DNA from: Alloascoidea hylecoeti
Lineage: Eukaryota
DNA: 64,000 nucleotides
Assembly (NCBI GenBank): GCA_001600815.1
Contig: BCKZ01000005.1
Coordinates: forward strand, 681,727 to 745,726
Reading direction: 5' to 3'
Below the pieces are notes generated by a model that saw only the letters and a list, made by a program, of their open reading frames with translations, did not search any database and was not told where the DNA came from. Positions 36,961 to 48,192 of this stretch are shown in pieces (position 1 is the first letter of the stretch; the number at the start of each line of letters is the position of its first letter). Made by a program: the position numbers and the translations under genes.

Positions 36961-38125
36961 CCAAAGTTTCAAGATGAAAAATATAGGAAATACTATAATG
37001 ATGATTCAGAAACCGATTCATGGTACGCATTATATAAAGAACGTTAACGTTATCTTTTAGATTTAAATTAGAAAAATTATAAATATACAAGCCATAAATT
37101 AATTGGTCATTCTGACGAAAACAATTTATATTAAACTTTTTAAAAACTGGATTTTAACTGGTTCACTAAGAATTTGGGATAATGAAACTTTTCAGTGTTT
37201 AAGAGTATTAAGAGAACCAAATCTAAGAGGAAATTTATTAGGTATGTACCGTATGAAAATATTGGAATTAATAAATAATCTTAATAAAGAATCTCGTGTG
37301 GGTGCTGTTGGTATTGATATTAATGATAAATATTTGGTTTCTGGTTCATTTGATGATTCTTGTATAATTTGGAATTTACCAGATTTTAAACCAATATATC
37401 GTCTGATGATACCAACAGAAAATCGGTTTCCTTCAATCATAAAAGGTGTCGTCTTATACAATGATTATACTGTATGTTCTAGTGTTGATTATGTTGGGGT
37501 TTGGAAATCAAGTCTTGATAATTTAGAACATCAACTGCAGTTTCATTTTCAACTCCGTTTAGAGGGAGGGAAGGCATTACTGGTATTTGCGTTCATAATG
37601 GTATTATATATACTAGAGAAGATCATGCTATAAGATCTTGGAATATTGAAACTGGTCAAATAATCCAAGAATTTCAATACTATCAACTAGGACCCATTAT
37701 AGTAAAGGATCAGTACTTATTTGTTAGTGACTATGACAGACTAACAGTTCAAGATTTTCAATTAAATACATTAATAGATACTGTATCAAATGACATATCA
37801 AATGAAAGACCACCTCACCTCAATTATGTATGACAGATAATAAACTCATTTCTGCTAATAGTGCTTGTACTATTAAGATTTGAAATTTAAATAATCTGAA
37901 ATTATTCAAAGAATTTATAAATTTAGAACATGAAAAATTAAATTTAAGATCTTATTTAATTGGTGCTTATTCGAAAAGACAGGCTGCTTTTACTATGGAT
38001 GGTGATGTTTATGATTTTACTAAAAAAATTTAAGGAAAAAGTATTTAAAATATTTATAATCTATTGAAAATTGAAAATAAACATTTTTACTTAAAGAAAT
38101 TTCGATTGAACTAATCATTGTAACC
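36961..38125 (+). pseudogene. F-box/WD40 pseudogene copy B, with the F-box 5' part missing
   Basis: KFQDEKYRKYYNDDSETDSWYALYKER, KLIGHSD, FKNWILTGS-LRIWDNETFQCLRVL, KYLVSGSFDDSCIIWNL and IRSWNIETGQIIQEF, with many stops and frameshifts. Confidence 0.85.
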
Positions 38126-40043
38126 TCTATAATTAATCATTCATAATTATGATTAATTAGCAGTTGAGAACACGATCTTTAAAACTCACTCTATAATAGT
38201 ATGAGGTTATATCTCTTAACTAGTAGAAGTTATTAATAAATAAATGAATAGACATCAACAAATGCGTATACAATGCTACAATGCTACTATAAATACATAC
38301 ATAAAAGCAACAATATAACTTATGGATTTGTAAAAACTAAAGACTATACGAATAAAAGATGTCAGTACAGCCAGTTCAAGATTAACTTGACATACTCCTA
38401 AAATAATGGTATAATGTTCCGTAGATCAGAGATATGGGCAATTTGGCACCCCTGCAATTGCCAGTCAACCTTTGGGATAACTGGCTCGGATAGGCACTTT
38501 AATGAGATACGTACTATTAAATTTAAATGACATTTCAGATTTAGTATCAAGTGTTGGCGCCCTAAACGCCATAGTCACAAAGTCAACCAGATTATCAATG
38601 CACATTATATCCTGATCCACAAGGTCCTAATGTATTGAAAGAGACATAAACATTATTCCTTTCTTTTCTTCTGTGCCATCTGGAAGGCTTACAATAGTAA
38701 ATATGGTTAATTAATAACATTCCCTTAATGTTAGGAAAAGTTTGCTCTTATGTGACATTATTAAGAAATATTTATCGTCAATTGATTTCAAATTTATTTC
38801 TCGGCTTTAGCAATGATACACATTAATCAAGGTCATAATATCAATATTAATTAATGGATGGAGGTAGATTACTTTCCTATAAGTTATACGGTATAATTAC
38901 ATCAACTAGCTATAACGTTATAATTATTATATAAAGCTTCCAACCACACAAATCTGCCGCTTTCTCCGATATTTTCATATTTACCAATCACAAGAATTGT
39001 AATTGAATAATAACACACGCGATGTCTATCTATAAGCCACATCTGAAGTTTCAAATATGGAACGTTCCGGTCAGTAATATGCAATTGTACAACAATTGCA
39101 TTACTCATGTGAACCAATAGCGCTAGTTAGTAACCTCTATGTGTTTGACATACAAATAATAGTAAATAGTAGATATGAATGTATGATTTTGAGTTGTGAT
39201 GTAATTAAGCTAAAGTTATTGAAAGTTTTTAGGTACCGGTACTTGTGTATGTTATATACCTATAGTATAAATATATTATTGATTAATCATTTATATTTGA
39301 TTTAATTTTAATTTACTGATACAGAAATTAACAGAATAAAAGAAAGATGAACTTATTATAAAGTAATATATGTAACCACAGAGTTCCCAGTGATTGGTTT
39401 TACTACAGTGATGACACATTATTGATGAGATTTCTTGGTTGCAGGAATTTCGTTCTCTTTGCCCTTACATTTTAAGTCATCTCCTTTTAGTGTTTTAACA
39501 TTTAACAAATCGTTTTATCGTACGCCCCTCTTCCCGAGCACAATTTACATATAAAAATTTTAAAGGGACCGTTGAAAATTTTTAAGTAAACAATCGTTCA
39601 GATAATTATATCATCTATGTAACAAGTTTGGTGAACATGTGGTGCACCACGATATCTATTAAGAATAAAATAGACCATCAGATGCCACAACATGACTCTG
39701 AATCATTCATATAATTTTTAAGCTGTGCCCACAATGTATGACGCTAAACACGGTATTCATCTATTGATTAATTACTACATGTAGTATTTCACAAAAGTGC
39801 AGTTCTAAATGTAATATGCAGACACCTTCTGACACTTGAGAACGAGACTCTTCAGGTGAACAAACCATCTCCGGCTGTTGTACATCTATTAATTCATTTC
39901 GAAGAACCTCTCCAGCTGTTCAAGTATAAATATTAATTTGATTGAAGATATAAAAGAGTTGACAATTTCAACTTTTTTTTATCATCATCAATAACATCTT
40001 CATTATTTGATTATAAAACACATTTATTCACTACTTTTTAACA

Positions 40044-40439
40044 ATGAGTCTTACACTTACTTCATCAGTTGCACAAGCCGCCGTTAGAATTCCAACTATT
40101 TTAACATCAAGATTACTTTTCAGATATGCCTTACTTAGTGGAACATCGCTTGTTAATTACAATGGTAACTTTAGAAATTTATTACAAAGAAATACAGTTC
40201 GTGAATGTAATACTGCAGCAGTAAATCTTCCACAATTTCCATCAATGAAACAAAATATAGTTAGAAAACCATCTTCTAATAGTTCGTCGAATTCAAATTC
40301 TCGATCAAATGAATCTACTGAAGGTTCAAAAATGGCTCTTTCTACAGCTGCTTATTTGGTATATGCTTTAGGGATTGCTAATGCTTTATCTGATAAAAAA
40401 TCATCTGGAAGGAAGATTGATTACTTAAATTCAATCTAA
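40044..40439 (+). CDS. Uncharacterised 131-aa protein, possibly mitochondrial
   Basis: TATAAAAG at about 39949 and an AACAATG start context. Acid-free Arg/Ser/Leu-rich N-terminus and a C-terminal hydrophobic segment. No family recognised. Confidence 0.55.
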   Translation: MSLTLTSSVAQAAVRIPTILTSRLLFRYALLSGTSLVNYNGNFRNLLQRNTVRECNTAAVNLPQFPSMKQNIVRKPSSNSSSNSNSRSNESTEGSKMALSTAAYLVYALGIANALSDKKSSGRKIDYLNSI

Positions 40440-40721
40440 ATCTATTAGAGATAATACTTTTTTTTTCAATTTAATTTATAGCATATTTATTTTGGAATAT
40501 TAGATGTACATTTTTTAACTGTTTATTTTATTATTTTTACTATTTATTTACTTTATTATTGCAATTTGTATATTTAGAAGAAAAAAGGCTATTGCAAATG
40601 CAATATGAATTCATTTAGATTAATTTTATAGGGTTTTAATATATAATTAAAACTAATTGCTAATTAATATACTGTCGTAAATTGTAAAACTTTTTATATT
40701 AATATTATAATTTGTATCTTC

Positions 40722-41573
40722 CTATATGGTTGCAATGGGTTTGCCACGGCCAGGGATTGATAATAATTCCGGATAATCCTTATATAAACATTTTCTAGCA
40801 CCTCTCCAAATTTTCTCTAATCTAGCTCTTCTTGGTAAGAAGTTCTTCAATAAAAAAAGAAAATAAAATTATGTTAGTTCAAGCACAAATACATATAAAT
40901 GTAACACAATAAACTTACTGGAAAAACAAGAGTTACTTTTTTATCATCCTTAACCAGTATACCCATATAATAAATAACTTGCAAACCAATAAACCCTTCA
41001 TTTATAATAATATCAATGATTTTATTCATCGGAATAAACCGTATTTTGGAGAAACAATAATATGATGATGATGTTGTAACTTGAACACCAAATGATTGTA
41101 TAACCATCAATGAATCATCTATTAATATCGTTAGTCAAACAAGCCCAACAAATTATAAAAAAGAGAATAGTAATAAAAAACATACATCTGTATAATCTTT
41201 TTATTGAAAACCAAAGGACAAATAAAGACCAAAGAAAAATCCAGAAACACGATAAAGTTGAAACTTTTTGAAATATTGAATTAATGAATTTAATATTTAT
41301 ATAAATATTTGTGTTTGTGTTCAGTATCGTTAGTTGATTAATTAGATCTGATACTCTAGCAATATACCTTAAATATATAGTTAATATTGTAAATGATATC
41401 AATACCAGTTTAATTATATTAAATATTATTAATTTTATATCAAAACTCCATAATGAATTATAATGTGTTTGGTTTTTCAAACATTTTGAAGATGAAGTTC
41501 GTATTCGTCTATTTGTTATTGTGTATTTGATTGTATCACTGTTTAACTTTTCAATTATAAGAGTGTCTGGCAT
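40722..41573 (-). CDS. GPI15: GPI-GlcNAc transferase subunit PIG-H/Gpi15. Introns 41119-41185 and 40845-40918.
   Basis: Two transmembrane segments, then YDSLMVIQSFGVQV..RFIP..IIDIIINEGF..VIYYM..LVFP|NFLPRRARLEKIWRGARKCL. Confidence 0.9.
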
Positions 41574-42554
41574 TATTATTTGATCATTAAATTTGATAAT
41601 TAAATTTGATGTTTTATTCTGTTAAAATAAAATAAGTTTGGAAAGAAATGAAAACCAAAGGTCACGTGGTATTACTTTTAACAAACCAAACTTGTCTAGG
41701 ATCTGGAAAATATATAAAACTTTAGAATTATAGCTGTTATTATTATTTCGTGCTCGTTCTAATGATATAATATGGGGTGTAGACAAGAGTCTATCAAAGT
41801 GTGTCACATCCTTTACTTAAATCAATTGGAACTATGTATAATTAGATCTGATTACATCCACCAAAGACCCCAATAACATAAAAAAATAGAGTATTCTTTA
41901 AACCCATACCGGAATGAGCGAAAGATCTTTGATCGAACAAAAGCTGTTAAGTACTTATTTTCAAAATATGATATCAATCTCTTCGTTGATGACATAAAAA
42001 TGCCATAAACATGGCATATCTGAGAACAGGTGTAGATTATATCACATGATAGCAGAAGATTACCCTGATACACTAGTATTTAAATTCAAATATTGCACCA
42101 GTACTCGACCTACTGGTAATTTGCTTGATAAAATGACTTTACATTCATAATACCAAATGATGATCATGTTTAATTATTATATATATTCAATTATATCATA
42201 TTGTCATATTATTTTGAGTGAGGACTGTATTTTTTTCATTCCAATAGCGTTGCAAACAATAATTCCAACGTAATGGAGAAAGATCTATGCTTCTTAAATC
42301 TTTGATATAATTGCATATGAATATAAGTCTAAAAGGTTAAATTTCTGATGGTTTCTATTCCTACATTGCAACTACAACTTTATGTCCAATACTTTGCTTA
42401 TAATATGAGATGACTTTTTTTAACTGATGGAAATTAAAAATTAAAACTGTTGAATAATATATGCTTCAAAATTCTAATGTAACCCTAAAATTGATCCCAC
42501 GGCTGTAATAAAATAAGAACATAGTTTTGCAAAATTGTTCCTTATACCTTCTCC

Positions 42555-42770
42555 TGATAATATATGGAGATCAAAGTTTCGACATCAAAAATTCCGGAAA
42601 TACTTTATTTATGTCTCAGATACCCACTAAAGGTGTGACCTATAAAGAGCGTTATATTTTAGGGCTGAATTGGAAAAATGGTAGATATTACAGGTAATAA
42701 ATTAAGTGGCAAAACATTTTGTGTTAAATTTTTTAAAAACTGGGTTTTAACTGGTTCAACGGATTAATGT
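42555..42770 (+). pseudogene. F-box/WD40 pseudogene fragment, copy C
   Basis: DNIWRSKFRHQKFRKYF..YKERYILGLNWKNG..FCVKFFKNWVLTGSTD aligns by eye with copies A and B. Confidence 0.8.
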
Positions 42771-43022
42771 ATCTTATACCGGTAGCAAATTTTAATCTTA
42801 GATGGAGAATTTAATAAAGATACACATTGATTGCAAATTAATTGCAATTAATTGCAATCAACAAGTAAAGAATATAAAATAATTACACCTATAGCATTAG
42901 TGCTATAACCATTCATATGTATTACAAATAATATTGTTCATAAACTCCAATATACAGGAAATTCAAACTCAGCAAAACAAAAACAAAAACAAAATAAATA
43001 TAAAAATTTAGGCGTAATATCT

Positions 43023-45654
43023 TCATTCTCTTTCAAGCATTTGTCTTTCAATTTCTGCTCTTTTCTTTTTAATATCATCACCTGTGCCAACAATAGTTTC
43101 CCCTTCACGGAAATGATTAACATATTGTACTCTAGAACCTCTACCTCTTACACTTGTAGTACCATTAATTCTATCAATTTCTTTTTTATCTTGAATCTCT
43201 CTGTCTTCTTTTTTAGCTTGTTCAATAGATTCTTGTTCCTTTTTCATATCTTCTGAATATTTCTGTCTAACTTCTTCTAATTCTTTTTCAATATCTTCAA
43301 CAAGTTTCATTGGTCTCGCTAAAGATTTTTTAATTTCATTTATATTTGAACCAAGTTTTCTTTTTAAAGCTAATTCAATTAAATGAGGATTTTTCTTTTC
43401 TTCTAATAAAAATTTTGATTTAATTTGTCTTCTTGTTCTATATGGAAATAATTGGGAAATTAAATTAAAATCTGTACCCCACGAAGATAAAGCATCATAA
43501 AATCTAATTAATTCATCATTTTCCCATTTATAAGTTTTTTTATTCGATTTTTTACCATATGTTGCATTATTAATTGGATTTTCAAAAGGATTTTGTTTTT
43601 CTTTTTCTCTATTCATATCAATATTTTCATGTCTATTAATTAACAATGAATCAGCTTGAACAACTAATTGTCCATTTTCAAGTGTTAATTGTAATGTTGC
43701 TCCATTATTTGACATTTTTTCTTGTTCTTCAAGATCTAATAATTCTTTTTTTGCTTCTTCTTGTTTTAATTTTAAATCTTGTAAATCTTTATCATCATCT
43801 TCTGCCATTAATTCATTTAATTCTAATTCATCTTCTTTTACTTGATCAAATTCACCTTCATCATTACTATCGTTATCATTTCTACTAATTCGTTCTCTGA
43901 AACGATCTTTAATATTTTTTTTTTTTAATTTCATTTCTTCTTTTGCTAATTTAATTTTCTTTTGTGCAGCTAAAACATCATCAATTTTATCAGATGTTTC
44001 ACCAAATGGTAAACTTGATGAACATAAATCTGAAATTGTAATTGTTGATTCATCAATAATTGCATTTTTTAAAATATTAACATCTTTTGATATTAATTTT
44101 TTACTATTTGTTAATTGTTTTGAAATATTATTAATAACAATTTTTTCATTATTTCTCAATTCTTGTAATCTTTTTAATTTTTTTAATTTTAATTTTTCTT
44201 CAATTTTTTGAGCATCATCATCTTCTTCTTCTTCTTTTTGTTTTCCTTTTCCTTCTATTTTATTTGAATCATCTTCATTCTCATTTTCTTTTTCTACTTC
44301 TTCATCATTTTCAATATCTCCTTCAAGCACCTCAAATGGAATAAACACAATCTTTTGAGTTTCTGAATCCACCTTAGCAACCATATCAACAGGAACTCTA
44401 ACAAGAACTTCTTTTTCTTTTCCATCTTCTTGAATTTCATTTTTTTTGATTGTTTTAGTCCATGCCCAATTATATTTTGATTTTTTAAAACGTTTTGTTT
44501 TATCTGATGATGCTGATGATTGACTTATATCTGTTAAATCAACTTCTGAATTTATTGTTGAACTTCGTGTTATTCTTCGTCTATTATTATTATTATTAAT
44601 ACTTTTGAAAACTTCAATATTTTCTGAATTTTCTTCAGAATCTTTAGTGTTTTTATATTCTTTTTCAAGTGTATTTGAAGTTGTACTAGTAACCTTAGGT
44701 TTTTTAGTTTTTCGTTTGTCGTTAACAACTTTTTTGGTTTGTTTTTTGGGGGGTTGCCTTTGAAGGCATTTTGTGTCTTTAAGGGTGTTGATTTTTGATT
44801 CTGTTAATTCTTGGGAAACAGGTGACTTTGGAATAGAAGTTGGAGTTGAGCTAGGAGTTGGAATTTGAATCTGAGTAGGAGCAGGGATTGATATTTTTGT
44901 CCTTTTTTGTTTCTGTTTTTGAATTGGATTCCGTTTAAGATTAGAGAATGAAATCGAAGTCGAACTTGTTTTCTCTTTTGTATCTGAATTTGAAAAGGTA
45001 ATAGATTCTATTGTATCATTATCTATATCTATACTATCATCCTGGGTTTTAGATCGTGTTTCTTTTTCTATACCTATGTTTGATTTTAGAGGAGCATTAA
45101 TTGGAATTGAAATTGAGGAAGGTGGTGAAATCTTCGATCGTGTTTGTGATTGCGAGTGTGATTGGGGTTGTGATTGTGATTGCGGGCTTGAACTAATTGC
45201 AAAAGGATTTAGAAAATCACGAGTCTCATTGTCATCATTATCATTCTGTGTGTCCTTCGTAAAGTTCAAAGTCTGTGTTGAAGGAGGAGACTCTAATCCT
45301 AATTGTTTTTGATTTTCATTGTCTTTAGTACCTTTGATAGCACTAACAGCATGATTAGTTCCGTTGGTATCATCAAACTCATGTAATTGTCCTTTATCTA
45401 CATTTGTCTCTGACGGTATGACTTTATCTGAGTCTGTTTGTGATGCTGGTTCTGGAGTTTGAGTAGCCGTTGGCGTCTCAACTGGTGTGGATGCTGAAGA
45501 AACGGTCTTCTTTCGACGTGGGATTCTTTTCAAGACTTTTGGAGCAAAACGAATTCCTGATTTATCTATATTTATGGGTGTCAATATTAATATTAAAATC
45601 TAATTTTGTATGTATATATTTGTTTATTGGATACTTACTGACTATTGAACTCAT
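43023..45654 (-). CDS. BDP1: TFIIIB subunit B''. Exon 1 45639-45654, intron 45566-45638.
   Basis: Spliced N-terminus MSSIVNKSGIRFAPK. SANT domain WENDELIRFYDALSSWGTDFNLISQLFPYRTRRQIKSKF. Confidence 0.95.
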
Positions 45655-45908
45655 CTGTTAAAATAAATATAAATTAATGTTTTGTTGCTTCTGAAAAAAA
45701 AACTACTATGGAGTGCATCTATTTACCCGGCGTTTCAGAATCCACAAGCCTCCTAAGCGCATATTATTTTTTGAAAAATTAGCGAATACCTTCTCATCAT
45801 TGGCGAAATAAGTTTAATAATTGTACGAATATATTTACAAATAATATTGAATTTGATATAGTTTATAATCAATTAAATATAAATAAACTAACAATATAAT
45901 AAATTAAA

Positions 45909-47339
45909 TTAAATAGTTTGCAATTTATCTAAAATAGCTTTTGTAAATTCAGAAGTTGAAGCATTACCACCAAGATCTTTAGTTCTAATTTTTTGTTCAG
46001 CTAAAACAGCATAAGTTGCTTTTGAAATACGATCAGCATTTGAATCTAATCCTAAATGTCTTAATAACATTGAAGCACTTAAAATCATTGCAGTTGGATT
46101 TGCTTCATTTCTTCCTTTAATATCAAGACCAACGTGTCTACAACCTGGCTCGAAAACGGCATGTTCACGACCAATGTTAACACCTGGGACTAAACCTGGA
46201 CCACCAACTAAAGCAGTACCAATATTTGTTAAGATTGTACCGTATAAATTTGGAGTAACTAAAACATCAAATTGTTGAGGCCATGAAACGGCTTGCATTG
46301 AAGCATTATCAACAATCATATCATTAACTTCAATTTTTGGATAATCTTGACCAACTTCTTTAACAGTTTGTCTAAATAAACCATCAGCTAATTTCATAAT
46401 ATTTGCTTTATGAATAGCAGTTACTTTTTTTCTACCATTTTTTTCGGCAAAATCAAAAGCAAATCTTGCAATTCTTTCAGATTTATATTTAGTAATAATT
46501 TTTAAAGATTCAACAACACCTTTAACACTTTGATGTTCTAAACCAGAATATTCACCTTCAGTATTTTCTCTAATTAAAACCATATCAATATCATTTAATC
46601 TTGTTTTAACACCAGGAATATTTTTAATTAATACTAAACTTGCAAAAATATCCAATTGTTTACGTAAAGCAACATTAAAAGAAACATGACCAGATTTTTC
46701 AACAGGGGTATATAAAATACCTTTTAAACCAATTTTATTACGTTTTAAAGAAAGAATTGCTTCTTTAACTTGTTCTTCACCTTTGGCACCACCAACGAGA
46801 CCACTAACTTCAATTTGTTCAAAGTCAATTGGGACATTTTCAGATTTGAAGATGGTTTTGACAGAGTCAGTGATTTCAGCACCAATACCGTCACCTATAG
46901 ATATTAATGTTAGTATTAATATTTTCAATGTTTGAGTATTTTAGGATGTTTCAAGTTATATTTGGGTTTTTCGAAAGTCGGCACCGAAGAAGATTGAGAA
47001 ATGCAAAAGTCGGCATTAATATTCCGAGTATTTTATTTTCAACGAAAACCAACTAAACAAACAAACAAACAAACAAACAAACAAACAAAAACAAAGATAG
47101 GAAAAAGAATAAAAGAACATACCAGGAATCAAAGTAACATCAAAACGACCACCATATTTCTTTGGTTCGAATGTATCAGTTGCACTTAAAGTGGCAAGGG
47201 AACGACGGGCAATTGGTGATGAAATAGCACCGAGGGACTTTTTCCACAAAAAAAAGAAAAGTTAGTTTTAAATAATAGATAATTGATTAGTATTGATGAT
47301 GGACGGTACAAAACATACTCGGATGGAAGTTCTAAGCAT
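45909..47339 (-). CDS. IDH1: NAD-dependent isocitrate dehydrogenase regulatory subunit. Introns 47238-47318 and 46895-47122.
   Basis: Presequence MLRTSIR|SLGAISSPIARRSLAT, KKYGGRFDVTLIPG|DGIG, and the Idh1-type motif FEPGCRHVGLDIKG. Confidence 0.96.
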
Positions 47340-47717
47340 TATAAAAACAAATAAATAATGAATAAATAAATATCAATGTTGCAGATTTATAATTATAAAG
47401 AAAAGAGGAAAAGAAAAAGAAACTAAAGCTTATAACAATTTAAACAATCGAAATTTAAATTTAAAAATGACTTTTTTTTCTATGTATAATTTTAAATTTT
47501 TCACTTTTTTTTTGGTTTTTTTGCCTATTGTTTTCCGAAATGTCGAAATTGCTCTTTGCCGGTGGACATCCGTACACCCAAGGGCCCTTTTGGTCCGCGT
47601 TCACGCTAAACACGCTGATTGGCTGCTGGGTAGTTACTAATACATTACGTAACCACACACTTTTATCTTCTTTTTCATTCTGACAACATATCTAAACTAT
47701 TAACAAAACCTATTAAG

Positions 47718-48083
47718 ATGTCGACTAAACCAACTTTATATAAACAACTTTATAAAGAATTAACAAAACAGTTATCAATAGCTAATAAATTGCATAATGC
47801 ATCTGACTTAAAAAGATCTCAAGCACTTTTGAAATATAGAGGTTTAGAATCATCACCAACAACTACTCCTAAATTTTCAAAATCTTTTAAAAATGATTTA
47901 GAAATTTTAAAAAAATTTGAAAATCTTGAAGAATCTCATGTCAATGAAATATATCAATTTTTAAAACAGCAACGTATATATCAAACATTATTAGAAAGAT
48001 ATAATCCAGGTACTGATTTTAATCAACAAGATCATGTTAAGAGAACTGCAAATAGAGTTGGGTTACAAATCCCTGATTATTAA
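47718..48083 (+). CDS. FMC1: Mitochondrial ATP synthase assembly factor
   Basis: LYKQLYKEL and QRIYQTLLERYNPG..VKRTANRVGL. Adjacent to the glucoamylase, as FMC1 and SGA1 are in S. cerevisiae. Confidence 0.9.
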   Translation: MSTKPTLYKQLYKELTKQLSIANKLHNASDLKRSQALLKYRGLESSPTTTPKFSKSFKNDLEILKKFENLEESHVNEIYQFLKQQRIYQTLLERYNPGTDFNQQDHVKRTANRVGLQIPDY

Positions 48084-48192
48084 TTATTCATTATCTATCT
48101 ATAAAATGTTTAAAGAAACAAAAAAGGAATTCACTGTATAAACTATCAATCATAAAACATAATATATATATTTTTTAAGGGCATTCTATTCA

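Noticed and set aside
38554..38562. TGGCGCCC resembling a tRNA-Lys primer-binding site
   Set aside because: The match stops after 8 nt, and no adjacent LTR end or gag ORF is visible.
46974..46987. AAAGTCGGCACCGA resembles part of the Cas9 sgRNA scaffold
   Set aside because: Short imperfect match inside a native intron; the rest of the scaffold is absent.
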